Source: Bacteroidota bacterium
Lineage (GTDB): Bacteria; Bacteroidota; Bacteroidia; JABDFU01
Assembly: GCA_013286385.1 (NCBI GenBank)
Contig: JABDFU010000006.1
Span: forward strand, 7,601 to 71,600
Length of the DNA: 64,000 nucleotides
Direction: 5' to 3'
The notes under the pieces are model-generated. The model searched no databases. It was given only the letters and a program-made list of their open reading frames with translations, and had not been told where the DNA came from. The translations under genes and the position numbers were made by a program. Below are positions 27,226 through 37,017 of the stretch, in pieces; the stretch's first letter is position 1, and every line of letters starts with the position of its first letter.

Positions 27226-29703
27226 TTATTTGCTGATTGCAGTGCAGCCATTCTCCGTGATTTTTTTACTGAATTTCAGCCTGGGGAGCATGTCTGCTAT
27301 TTCACCCGGTCTGGTTGTCACCAGGTAATAGTCCTGATCAAGCAGGTTCTGGAGAAAACGGGCCCATTCGCTTTCTTTGACCCAGGCTTCGCAGGGTTGG
27401 AAATACCCCAACGGAGTGTAGTTTCCGTAATAATAATAGGAGAAGTCATCGGTATAATTCATGACGTAGACTTTTTTACTTCCGTTGGTCATTCTTTTTA
27501 TATCCGCCAGTTCTTTGGGAACGGTGTTTAAGGGATAGACCCACTGGCCCTTTTTAAAATTTTTGTACTGCGTGGTAAGTTTGAAATTAATTGACCAGGA
27601 ATAAAAATAAAGCGTACTCAGGATCAGAATAAGGGGCAGGCCATAAAGTTTTACCGGACCTGAAACCGGCCCCAGGCCTGATCCCAATGGGTTGTGTTTC
27701 TCCGTAATTTTTTTAACACTCTTTTTTTTCGAAATCATATCGGGAGATTTGGCGCTGCTTGCAGTATTTAAAATGGCAGACTTGCTGTTTAAAAGATCAA
27801 CCAATAAAAACAGGGTAAATACCAGCAATCCCGAAATACATATAATGTTGTTTTCGTGGCTGCGCCCGAAATAATACATGGAATTGCCGATCGCCAGGTA
27901 AAGAATCAGAAGTCCGGAGGTAAAATAATTGGCAGATAAATTTTGTCTGCTTTTTAACAGAAGTATAAATACGATGCCGAACATCACGGGCATGAACCAA
28001 TAGAAGGAGTTTTCGGGAATGGGTATGAAGCCAATGCCAATCTGCTGGTAAAGGATTGCACTTTCTGCGACAAACCCCTTGAACAGGATACAACTTAAGA
28101 GTATAAACAGCGCGATCAGGGCGCTGTTTATAAGATTAAGGGAAAAATGTTTTTTGAAATTTTCTTTCAGTTGCCCGGCTTTAAAATCCAGCAGGAACAG
28201 TGTTAGTACCAATTGAAGCCAGGAGGCGAGGTAAATAAGCCCCATGTTTTTATGCGTCAGGACAAGGAATCCGATGGTAAGGCCCGTCAGCCAATGGTAG
28301 GGTCCCTTGTAATACAAAAACAGTAAAATGATAAGCCACAAATCCAGCCGTAGGGGGGTAGCCTGCATTAATTTTACGGGTTCCATGCAATTGGAATAAT
28401 ACCTGATCAATACCAGAGAAATAAGAAACAGGACCAGCATTTTTTTACTTAAAAAAAATTTTTTTGCAAACAGGAAGGCGCCGAGGAAAAACAGAAAATA
28501 GGACAACTGACCCAATACCTGGAATGAATTCAGGCTGAATTTCAGTTTCATCCAGCCTTCGGCAAGCAAAGACAGCAAGAGATCGTACTGGAAATAAATT
28601 TCGGACAGTTTGAATCCGTCTAATAAACGTAAAGCCGGAGCAAAAATAAATGCATAATCAGGCATGCTCATGGGCTCGCTGGCAATGAAACAGATGAATA
28701 GCAGGAGCAAGGCGACTATGTAATTTAAAAATTTCGGAAGGTATTTTTGCGTTACTAAAAGCAGGGCGATTGTCAGTGCGCAAACAAAAAAGGGAAGCGA
28801 AAAACCGGTTGGGGTAGTGCTTGATCTGTGCATGGGCAGCGTGAAGCCGATCTGACGGTAATAATATACTGAAATGATGGATAGCAGCAGGAATACCAGT
28901 AGATACAGCGTTTTGTTTTTGACAAAGGAGAGAATCTGATTCAGTACGAATGAAATCAGCAGGACGGCGAACATAAATGCATAGAGTACGTATCCTTCTA
29001 TCCCATCGTGCTCATAGCTGAATTGCCGTATAACATAAGTATATTCAGTTACCGGCAGTTTTAAATTGCAGGACCAGATGAGGGTTGAATACCGGTAAAA
29101 AATCAAATACAGCAGGCCGCTTACGGAAGCTGCAATCAGCAACAATTCGGGAAACCCTGAATGCTGAGGGAGTGAATCCGGGGATTTGTAATTTAAATAG
29201 ACAACAAGGCCCAGACAAAAAAGAATAAAGAGGGAAAGGACGTTTGAAAATCCCTTACTGATTTTTTCACTTTCTCTATTCGCTTTTACGATAGCCAGAT
29301 TTTCGCGAACGTTTACATTTTCGGGATAGAGCTGCAGAATGCGTTTACTTAGTTGTTCAGCTTTTTCCCATTCTTTTGCTTCGTTGTAAATATAAAGCAA
29401 GCGGCCGTTGACCAGAGGGGACTGGGGATTTAAACGCAGGGCATTTTCTCCTGCGGCAATTGCTTCGGGCCATTTTTTCAGCTTGTCATAGGACAGGCTG
29501 AGGGAACTGTAGGCCTCTGCATTGTTGGGGCTTAATTTTAAAGCGTTCGTACAGGCATCGATGGATTCATCGTACCGAAACTGGTCACGGAGTGAATCGG
29601 CTGTTTTGAGGTAGTGTTCAGCGATAAGAACATCCGCTGTCCGGGCATTCACCTGGATGCCGGCAAAGACTATACAAAGGATAAAAAAAACAAGACCTCT
29701 CAA
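27226..29703 (-). CDS. TPR-repeat polytopic membrane protein (intact paralog of 18012..20957, lacking the LamG-like domain)
   Basis: 825 aa: signal/TM, approx. 3 TPRs, then at least 10 TM helices. It shares the conserved segments IEHDGIEGYVLYA, LYQQIGIG and LAIGNSMY.FGRSHENNII with the interrupted copy. Family unknown. Confidence 0.7.
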   Translation of the reverse strand: MRGLVFFILCIVFAGIQVNARTADVLIAEHYLKTADSLRDQFRYDESIDACTNALKLSPNNAEAYSSLSLSYDKLKKWPEAIAAGENALRLNPQSPLVNGRLLYIYNEAKEWEKAEQLSKRILQLYPENVNVRENLAIVKANRESEKISKGFSNVLSLFILFCLGLVVYLNYKSPDSLPQHSGFPELLLIAASVSGLLYLIFYRYSTLIWSCNLKLPVTEYTYVIRQFSYEHDGIEGYVLYAFMFAVLLISFVLNQILSFVKNKTLYLLVFLLLSIISVYYYRQIGFTLPMHRSSTTPTGFSLPFFVCALTIALLLVTQKYLPKFLNYIVALLLLFICFIASEPMSMPDYAFIFAPALRLLDGFKLSEIYFQYDLLLSLLAEGWMKLKFSLNSFQVLGQLSYFLFFLGAFLFAKKFFLSKKMLVLFLISLVLIRYYSNCMEPVKLMQATPLRLDLWLIILLFLYYKGPYHWLTGLTIGFLVLTHKNMGLIYLASWLQLVLTLFLLDFKAGQLKENFKKHFSLNLINSALIALFILLSCILFKGFVAESAILYQQIGIGFIPIPENSFYWFMPVMFGIVFILLLKSRQNLSANYFTSGLLILYLAIGNSMYYFGRSHENNIICISGLLVFTLFLLVDLLNSKSAILNTASSAKSPDMISKKKSVKKITEKHNPLGSGLGPVSGPVKLYGLPLILILSTLYFYSWSINFKLTTQYKNFKKGQWVYPLNTVPKELADIKRMTNGSKKVYVMNYTDDFSYYYYGNYTPLGYFQPCEAWVKESEWARFLQNLLDQDYYLVTTRPGEIADMLPRLKFSKKITENGCTAISK

Positions 29704-29735
29704 ACCGGCTAAATGCGTTCTTAACTCTTTAGCAC

Positions 29736-30341
29736 TTACTTCGCCGCTTTATACCTCTTGTTCACTTCGTCCCAGTTGATGACGTTCCAGAAGGCTGCAA
29801 TATAGTCGGGGCGGCGGTTCTGGTAGTGCAGGTAGTAGGCGTGTTCCCAGACGTCCATGCCCAGGATGGGGCTGCCTTTGACTTCGGCAATGTCCATCAG
29901 AGGGTTGTCCTGGTTGGCTGTGGAGCTGACTTGTAACTTGCCTCCTGCAACACTGAGCCAGGCCCAGCCAGAACCGAAGCGGGTGGTGCCTGCGGTACCG
30001 AATTGCGTTTTAAAATCGGCGAAGCTGCCGAATGCAGAGCGGATGGCATCCCCGAGTTCGCCGGAGGGTTCGCCTCCGCCGGAAGGTTTCATAATTGTCC
30101 AGAAGAGGCTGTGGTTGTAATGGCCTCCTCCGTTGTTGCGCACGGGCATGGGATATTTGGAGATGTTCGCGCAGATCTCTTCAATGCTTAGTCTTTCTTC
30201 GGGCTTGCCGGCGACGGCAGCATTCAGATTGGTAACATAAGCATTGTGGTGCTTGCTGTGGTGGATTTCCATTGTTTTTGCGTCAATGTGGGGTTCCAGC
30301 GCGTTGTAAGCGTAAGGAAGTTTTGGGAGTTCGAAGGCCAT
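29736..30341 (-). CDS. Fe/Mn superoxide dismutase
   Basis: 201 aa with HHSKHH and the DVWEHAYYL signature. Confidence 0.9.
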   Translation of the reverse strand: MAFELPKLPYAYNALEPHIDAKTMEIHHSKHHNAYVTNLNAAVAGKPEERLSIEEICANISKYPMPVRNNGGGHYNHSLFWTIMKPSGGGEPSGELGDAIRSAFGSFADFKTQFGTAGTTRFGSGWAWLSVAGGKLQVSSTANQDNPLMDIAEVKGSPILGMDVWEHAYYLHYQNRRPDYIAAFWNVINWDEVNKRYKAAK

Positions 30342-30482
30342 GTCTATTTAGTTTAAAAGTTTATTAGTTTAAAGTCTAAAGTTGGAATTGAAGGTCAAAT
30401 ATAGGTATTAGATTTTTGGAATTATTACAGCCCGGGCAGAAAAATTTGTATTTTAATTACTTCAAAAATTAAACCAAATTCA

Positions 30483-30683
30483 ATGAAAAAACCGATTGTT
30501 ATTTTAGGGCTTTTCGGAGCAGTTGTTTTGGGTTCCTGCGGGCAGGATAAAGAGGAAAAACAGAAGGAGGAGGCGAACGTGAAGGCGGAAAGAGCAAAGG
30601 ACAGTGTAAGGGAGAAAAAGGATGTGGATTCACTGTTTGATGTGGTGGGGAAAAATCTGGACAGTGCGGGGACTAATCGCTAA
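30483..30683 (+). CDS. hypothetical small lipoprotein
   Basis: 66 aa with lipobox LGSCGQ and a Lys/Glu-rich stretch. Coding status uncertain. Confidence 0.3.
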   Translation: MKKPIVILGLFGAVVLGSCGQDKEEKQKEEANVKAERAKDSVREKKDVDSLFDVVGKNLDSAGTNR

Positions 30684-32262
30684 GCTGAACAGCTCTCAAA
30701 TAGGTATTGTCAATGCTGTGAATAATCGGGAAGTATCCGGCATTGCCCCAGATGTTGCGGGCGATGAGGGCTTTGAGCTGGACCTTGAGGATGGCAGTGG
30801 ATTTTTTGATGTCAGCGTCTTTTCGTTTGATTCCTGATTTTTCGGCGAAGCCGAAAAATCCTTCCAGAATCTGACTGTCGACCAGGAAGGATGAATTGTA
30901 CTTCTCGAAGCTTCCGTAATTTTTAAGAGCCGAACGGTTGCGGTCGGCATAGTCAAAGGTAAACTGATTGATAATGCCGGCATAGCTGACTTCGTTGAGG
31001 TAAGAGCTGTGACCAGCGGTGTCGAGCGGCACAAATACATCGGGCATGATGCCTCCGCCTCCGTAAACTATTTTTCCGGCAGGAGTTTTGAATTTCAGAG
31101 AGTCTATGAATTTGACACTGTCGGCGTTCTGGAGCTCTCCGTTTTTGTAACGCTCGAGTTCTTCGTTGTAATAGGCTTCGAGGCCTTCGTTGTAGGATTT
31201 CTGAATGCAGCGGCCTGTCGGGGTATAGTAACGCGCAATGGTGAGCCGGACAGCGGACCCGTCTTCAAATTCTTTTTCTTCCTGGACGAGCCCTTTTCCG
31301 AATGAACGCCGGCCGACAATTGTTCCGCGGTCGTTGTCCTGGACGGCACCGGCAACAATTTCACTTGCGGAGGCAGAGCCTTCGTCAAGGAGTAAAATGA
31401 GTTTGTCTTTTTCACATTCTCCTTTGGATGTAGCCCAATGGATTTTTTTTGGTTCGTTGCGGCCCTGGGTATGAACGATTTCTTTTCCCGCTCCAAGGAA
31501 CTCATCCGAAATCTGGATGGCCGCATTGAGGTAGCCTCCGGGATTTCCGCGAAGGTCAAGAATGAGTGTGGTCATTCCTTTGTCGGTTAGTTCGTGAAAA
31601 GCTTTCATGAATTCATCGTAGGTGGTGGCACCGAAACGACTGATTTTGACATATCCTGCTTTTTTATTGACCATGTAGGAAGCATCAACGCTGAAGATGG
31701 GGATCTCGCCCCGGGTGATGGTAAAGGGAATAAGTTTTTTTGCCGTCCTGCGCCAGATCGTGATGCTTACTTTGGTTCCTTTTTCGCCTCTCAGTTTTTC
31801 AATCACCTGCTGGTTGCTGATTTTTATTCCGGTCTGACTTTTGCCTTCGATTTTAACAATGGCGTCTCCGGCCTGAATTCCCAGGGCTTCTGAGGGTCCG
31901 CCGGAGATGGCGGAAATAACCCGAATGGTGTCTTTGATGATGTTGAATTCAATGCCAATGCCTCCGAAATTACCCTGCAGGGGCTCGTTCATGGCCTTTG
32001 CTTCTTTTGCGGTTACATAGGAAGAGTGGGGATCCAGATTTTGCAGGATGCTGTTGAGCGTTTTGTCTTCGAGCTGGACCTGATTAACGGTGTCTACGTA
32101 TCTTTTTTGTATGTAGCTGAGCAGGTGTTCAATCTTTCCGTCACTTCCGGGCTGAGCCCGTCTTTTATTCAGAAAACTGTAGCGGTAACCAATATAGATG
32201 CCGCTCACGAGCAGCAGGGCAAAGACCAAGGGTAAAAAGATGTATTTTCTTCCGGCGTTCAT
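30673..32262 (-). CDS. ctp: S41 family carboxyl-terminal processing protease
   Basis: Start at MNAGRKY. The ATGA overlaps the dCMP deaminase stop; the track start at 32415 would run through the upstream gene. It has a TM anchor, a PDZ domain, and the S41 catalytic region (GNPGGYL, SASASEIV). Confidence 0.8.
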   Translation of the reverse strand: MNAGRKYIFLPLVFALLLVSGIYIGYRYSFLNKRRAQPGSDGKIEHLLSYIQKRYVDTVNQVQLEDKTLNSILQNLDPHSSYVTAKEAKAMNEPLQGNFGGIGIEFNIIKDTIRVISAISGGPSEALGIQAGDAIVKIEGKSQTGIKISNQQVIEKLRGEKGTKVSITIWRRTAKKLIPFTITRGEIPIFSVDASYMVNKKAGYVKISRFGATTYDEFMKAFHELTDKGMTTLILDLRGNPGGYLNAAIQISDEFLGAGKEIVHTQGRNEPKKIHWATSKGECEKDKLILLLDEGSASASEIVAGAVQDNDRGTIVGRRSFGKGLVQEEKEFEDGSAVRLTIARYYTPTGRCIQKSYNEGLEAYYNEELERYKNGELQNADSVKFIDSLKFKTPAGKIVYGGGGIMPDVFVPLDTAGHSSYLNEVSYAGIINQFTFDYADRNRSALKNYGSFEKYNSSFLVDSQILEGFFGFAEKSGIKRKDADIKKSTAILKVQLKALIARNIWGNAGYFPIIHSIDNTYLRAVQLSD

Positions 32263-32720
32263 ATCGATTTGCTGTAACGGACCACTTCGACACCGAATTT
32301 TAAAAGAAAGTCGACGCCTTCGTCTGTGCTGATGCCTTTGTACTGGGCATAGGAGTTGAGGTAATACACTTTTCTTACCCCCAGTGAATAGAGTACTTTG
32401 GCGCAGGCAATGCAAGGGGAAAGGGTGACATAGATGGTTGCCCCTTCAAGAGACATCTGGTTTTTTGCGGCGTACAGTATGGCGTTTTGTTCGGCATGCA
32501 GGGCCAGGGAACAGCTTCCTTTGCTGTCGCGGGGACAGCCTGTTTGCGGCCATTCTTCGTCACAGTTGTGTGTGCCTGCAGGCGGACCGTTGTATCCCAG
32601 GGAAATGATGCGGGTGTCTTTTGTCAGCACAGCACCTACTTTTAATTTTACACAATGCGAACGCAGGGCGAGGCTCTGGGCCAAATCCATATAAATGTCT
32701 TCGAAACGGGGTTTTGTCAT
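32259..32720 (-). CDS. dCMP deaminase / CMP-dCMP-type zinc deaminase
   Basis: HAEQNAI and SPCIACAK zinc-binding motifs. Confidence 0.8.
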   Translation of the reverse strand: MTKPRFEDIYMDLAQSLALRSHCVKLKVGAVLTKDTRIISLGYNGPPAGTHNCDEEWPQTGCPRDSKGSCSLALHAEQNAILYAAKNQMSLEGATIYVTLSPCIACAKVLYSLGVRKVYYLNSYAQYKGISTDEGVDFLLKFGVEVVRYSKSI

Positions 32721-32814
32721 GTTCGGACTGCAAAAGTAGTGTTATTTGATGATTTTCGGGCAGAATTTTAGCGTTCGGGATTTTGCAAAATTGGGTTAGC
32801 TTTACCTCTTAAAT

Positions 32815-33903
32815 TTGACTATGAAAAAAATACTGCCAGGCGTTGCTGCATTTTGTCTTGTTTTGAATGCAGCTGCCCAGAATATGGGATGCTATACTGA
32901 TTACAACGGACAGTTTATGATTTTTGATAACGGAAATGTTTCGTCTTTTGAGAGCATGCCGGTCAAATTTTCGCAGGTGGGGGGAAACAGCATCATCTAC
33001 TCAGACAATTCAGACAATTTTAAGGCCTATTATTCGGGAAGGATTTATCAGCTGGCTGATTTTACACCATCGTTTTACATCAATACCGATAACCTGGCAG
33101 CTTTTTTCAACAACAAACTGCTTAGCGTATTTGACAACGGGAAGGTTGTTAATTTACCGGGATGGGTGAGTAATTATTCAATAGGGGATAGCATCGTAGG
33201 CTATTTTGATGCCGGAAGCAATTACTATATGGTGTACTATGCCGGCGTGACGGATAACCTGCCGGATGTAATTGATAAAACGGGCGCAGCAGCAGTTAAA
33301 GCAGGGGATAATATTCTGGCGTACATGAATTCGAGCGGACTGTTTAAGGCTTTTTATCACAACCAGGTGTATGATCTGGGAACCAGCCATGTTTCTGGTT
33401 TTCAGGTGGGTTCGAGCACTGTGGCTTACATGGATGAATACAATCTGGCCTTTAAGGTTTTTTACGAGGGAACAGTGTATACACTGGAAACGGTTGCCCC
33501 CAAATCATTTAAGTGCGGGGATCAGGTAGTGGGCTATATCGATAACGCAGGAAATTTCAAAGTTTTTTATCAGGGGAAAACCAGTACGATAGGTTCTTAC
33601 GAGCCTGATTTTTATGCCGTGGAAGACAATGTAATGGTTTACGGGAATGAGAATGTCGGATTTAATGTTTTTTACAAAGGACAGTCGTATCAGCTGGAAA
33701 GCAACACCCCTACTTCGTATCAGCTTGATTTTAATTCGGTGGCTTATACCGACAGATACGGGTATCTGAAAATTTTTACGGATGGCCAGACCACCCAGGC
33801 TTCGGATGTCAAAATCGCTAAATTTAAGCTGATGAAGAATGTGCTGATGTACAAGACGGGTTTGTATGATTTCCATTTTGTATTGAATGGTAAAGTGTAT
33901 TAA
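32815..33903 (+). CDS. hypothetical secreted repeat protein (approx. 7 x 45-aa repeats, consensus ..Y.D..G.FKVFY.G..Y)
   Basis: It has a signal peptide. Internal repeats are visible by eye (AYMNSSGLFKAFYHNQVY, AYMDEYNLAFKVFYEGTVY, GYIDNAGNFKVFYQGKTS, VYGNENVGFNVFYKGQSY, AYTDRYGYLKIFTDGQT). Confidence 0.5.
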   Translation: MTMKKILPGVAAFCLVLNAAAQNMGCYTDYNGQFMIFDNGNVSSFESMPVKFSQVGGNSIIYSDNSDNFKAYYSGRIYQLADFTPSFYINTDNLAAFFNNKLLSVFDNGKVVNLPGWVSNYSIGDSIVGYFDAGSNYYMVYYAGVTDNLPDVIDKTGAAAVKAGDNILAYMNSSGLFKAFYHNQVYDLGTSHVSGFQVGSSTVAYMDEYNLAFKVFYEGTVYTLETVAPKSFKCGDQVVGYIDNAGNFKVFYQGKTSTIGSYEPDFYAVEDNVMVYGNENVGFNVFYKGQSYQLESNTPTSYQLDFNSVAYTDRYGYLKIFTDGQTTQASDVKIAKFKLMKNVLMYKTGLYDFHFVLNGKVY

Positions 33904-35953
33904 AATTTTTCTTTTCCTGGTTTCGGCAGGGTCGGCCGTATTTTCGTATGCTCAGGCTAAAGCCGGTTTTTGTCAGCGCATTAAACTTGTTGAACAGGTA
34001 TTGGAAACAAATCATTGTTCTCCGCGCGAACGAAACGAAGCGTTTGACACAGACCTCAGGAACCGGTTTTATCTGGAACTGGATCCCCGTCATTGCTACC
34101 TTACAAAAGAAGATATCAGGGGACTTTCCAACGATGTCTCGGGATGTGAATTTCTTGAAAAGGCAACCCTGCTCTATAAAGCAGGGTTGAAAAGATCGGA
34201 TTCGATTGTTTCTCAGGTGCTTTTAAAGCCCTTTGATTTTTCGCAAACAGAAAGTATTCGTTACCCTATGGACAGTGCAGGCTTTGCGGAAAACGTAAAG
34301 GATCTTCAGCGCTATTGGTACAAAGACCTCAAATTACAGACCCTTTCTTTTCTGGCAGATGCAGCTGTACTTGATTCGGCTGCCAGTAAGCAAAGCATTC
34401 TGAAACTCGAACCGGCCATGCGGGACAAAGTGAAGGTGTGTGAACGAAGAAAAATGAATAAAATACTTCAAAATCCTGAAGGGTTTGAAAGCTATGTAGC
34501 GACGGCTTATTGCAACGCTCTGGCGCATAGCTATGATCCTCACAGCGATTATATGCCTGCAACTGAAAAGGAGAATTTTGACAATTCACTGAGTGGTCAG
34601 GCGTATTCTTTCGGCATCGACCTGGATGAGAATGAACAGGGTGAAGTGGTGATATCGCACCTGGTTCCAGGTGGGGCTGCCTGGAAATCGGGGGAACTGA
34701 ACAGCGAAGATGTGTTGTTGCAATTGAAATGGAAAAACAAGGCAGTTGTTGATCTGACGGGAGCTGATCTGAGTGAGGTGGAGGATTTGCTGAGCAAGTC
34801 GAATCACGACGAGATGCAATTGACAGTGAAAAAGCCGGGGGGCCTGCAAAAGACCGTCACCCTTAGCAAAGAGAAGGTGAAGGATGAGGAAAGCATAGTG
34901 AAGAGTTTTGTATTGCACGGAGACAAAAAACTGGGATACATTAACCTGCCGGGTTTTTATACCCAGTGGGAGGACCATTCGGGTTCAAGTTGCGCCAATG
35001 ATGTGGCCAGGGAAATCGTGAAGATGAAAAAGGAAAAAATTGACGGCTTGATTCTGGATATGCGCTTTAACGGAGGTGGATCTTTACAGGAGGCGCTGGA
35101 ACTGGCCGGAATCTTTATCGATGAAGGAGGGGTCTGCTTTGTGAAGGGAAGAGATGGGAAAGCGGTGCTGATGAGGGATCCGAACAGGGGAACAATTTAT
35201 GACGGCCCCCTGCTGCTGCTGGTGAACGGGCAAAGTGCTTCGGCTACAGAGATTGTTACCGGGGCCCTGCAGGATTATAACCGGGCCATCGTTGTGGGCA
35301 GTGCGACCTATGGAAAAGCTACCGGACAGATTGTAGTATTGGCGGATGGCACCGAAGATCGGAAAAAGAAATCACGCAAAGACGGGAGTAACGGATATGT
35401 GAAGGTAACCATTGAAAAAATTTACCGGCCTACCGGAAAAACGAATCAGTGCAAAGGGGTCTGTCCCGATATTGTATTCCCGGATATGTATGAGGGAATG
35501 AGTTTCAGGGAGGTCACGAATTCTTCAGCGCTGAAACCGGATTCCGTGAAACGGGCTTTGTATTTCAGTCCCCTTGATCCCTTGCCTGTTCAGGAGCTGA
35601 AACGCAAGAGCAAACTGAGGACCGCATCGAATCCCAGCTTTTTGGCCGTAAAAAAGATTTCGGATAAAGTGGAGGAATATTCGGGACAAAAACGGATAAG
35701 CATACCGATGAACTACGAAGGCTTTATTGCTTACGGAAAAAAGGAGCACCAGGAATACGACGGACTTGAGAAACAGATGTACAGGCAGGATTCTTCGCTT
35801 TTTAAAGTGGAAAACAATAAATTCGATTCGGCGGCTATTGCAGCAGACAGCACTACGATTTCAATAAATGAGAACTGGAAAAAAATTATTATGAACAGTG
35901 CGTATATCCACGAAAGCTACCGGATATTAAATGATTACCTTAACCTTAAATAA
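33887..35953 (+). CDS. S41 family peptidase (tail-specific protease-like) with PDZ domain
   Basis: 688 aa with a signal peptide. S41 catalytic region LDMRFNGGGSLQEA...LLLLVNGQSASATEIV. Its start overlaps the upstream repeat-protein gene by 17 bp. Confidence 0.75.
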   Translation: MVKCIKIFLFLVSAGSAVFSYAQAKAGFCQRIKLVEQVLETNHCSPRERNEAFDTDLRNRFYLELDPRHCYLTKEDIRGLSNDVSGCEFLEKATLLYKAGLKRSDSIVSQVLLKPFDFSQTESIRYPMDSAGFAENVKDLQRYWYKDLKLQTLSFLADAAVLDSAASKQSILKLEPAMRDKVKVCERRKMNKILQNPEGFESYVATAYCNALAHSYDPHSDYMPATEKENFDNSLSGQAYSFGIDLDENEQGEVVISHLVPGGAAWKSGELNSEDVLLQLKWKNKAVVDLTGADLSEVEDLLSKSNHDEMQLTVKKPGGLQKTVTLSKEKVKDEESIVKSFVLHGDKKLGYINLPGFYTQWEDHSGSSCANDVAREIVKMKKEKIDGLILDMRFNGGGSLQEALELAGIFIDEGGVCFVKGRDGKAVLMRDPNRGTIYDGPLLLLVNGQSASATEIVTGALQDYNRAIVVGSATYGKATGQIVVLADGTEDRKKKSRKDGSNGYVKVTIEKIYRPTGKTNQCKGVCPDIVFPDMYEGMSFREVTNSSALKPDSVKRALYFSPLDPLPVQELKRKSKLRTASNPSFLAVKKISDKVEEYSGQKRISIPMNYEGFIAYGKKEHQEYDGLEKQMYRQDSSLFKVENNKFDSAAIAADSTTISINENWKKIIMNSAYIHESYRILNDYLNLK

Positions 35954-35956
35954 GTT

Positions 35957-36988
35957 ATGAAAAAACGGTGTTGTGCTCTTGCTTTGCTAATCTGCGGACT
36001 GTTACCGGGAATCAGTGTTGCTCAAAAAAGCGCGGTTGATTACATGCAAAAGGTTGAGACGGCCCAATCGAAAGTAACAGAAGATTTTTTGATTTACGTG
36101 AGTGCCGTGGCGCACGGAAAAAGCGCACGGAAAGTGGATAAGCGAAGAAAGGATTTGCTGAGCGCGGTGTCCCAGGCCCGGTCTCAGATGAAGCACCTTG
36201 TTCCTTTTGAGAAGACAGATACTACGCTACGAGCAGCTGCTTTTACGTATCTGAATATTCTGTATGTCCTGTTGAAGGAAGATTACGGGAAAATTGTGGA
36301 TATGGAAGAGATAGCAGAGCAAAGTTATGACAACATGGAAGCCTACCTGAATATTCAGGAAGAAGCAAATAAAAAACTGGAAGATGCCGGAGACCGGCTG
36401 GAGGCGGCAACGAAGACATTTGCCGCTGACAACAATGTAACCTTGCTTGAGCAGAAGGACGCTATGAGCAAAAAGGCCGAGAAGGTTGAAACGGTGAACA
36501 AGTACTATCATAAAATCTATCTGATTTATTTTAAAAGCATGAAACAGGAAGCGTATATGATAGCAGCCCTTGATAAAAAAGATGTGAATGCGGTCGAACA
36601 GAACAAAAACGCGCTTTTAAAGAATTCAGAAGAAGGGCTCGCCAAACTGATTGACTTAAAGGGTTTTGAAAATGATCAGACGCTTGTTGCCGATTGCAAG
36701 AAGTTATTGCAGTTCTACCAGAAAGAGGCTACTGAAAAGATGCCGGTACTGGTGGATTTCATGCTTAAAAATCAAACCTTTGTAAGCGCTAAATCAAAAT
36801 TTGATTCGGGCTCGAAATCAAAGGAGGATACGGATGCTTACAACAAAGCCGTGGCAGCTATAAATGATGCCGGCGCTACGTACAATAAAACCAATGCAGA
36901 ATTGAATCAGACCCGGTCTAAACTCAACACAGATTGGGATAATGGGGTGAAAAATTTTATGGATAAACACATTCCGCAATCGAAATAA
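35957..36988 (+). CDS. hypothetical secreted coiled-coil protein
   Basis: 343 aa with a signal peptide and Lys/Glu-rich predicted helices. It starts 3 bp after the S41 gene. Confidence 0.4.
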   Translation: MKKRCCALALLICGLLPGISVAQKSAVDYMQKVETAQSKVTEDFLIYVSAVAHGKSARKVDKRRKDLLSAVSQARSQMKHLVPFEKTDTTLRAAAFTYLNILYVLLKEDYGKIVDMEEIAEQSYDNMEAYLNIQEEANKKLEDAGDRLEAATKTFAADNNVTLLEQKDAMSKKAEKVETVNKYYHKIYLIYFKSMKQEAYMIAALDKKDVNAVEQNKNALLKNSEEGLAKLIDLKGFENDQTLVADCKKLLQFYQKEATEKMPVLVDFMLKNQTFVSAKSKFDSGSKSKEDTDAYNKAVAAINDAGATYNKTNAELNQTRSKLNTDWDNGVKNFMDKHIPQSK

Positions 36989-37017
36989 AGTTCAGGTAGC
37001 AACCAAAGCTGAGGACT

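Noticed and set aside
32263-32415. Long N-terminal extension of the S41 protease from the track ORF
   Set aside because: The extension runs through the dCMP deaminase coding region and is Arg-rich. The signal-anchor-like MNAGRKYIFLPLVFALLLV start at 32262 gives a classic ATGA overlap.
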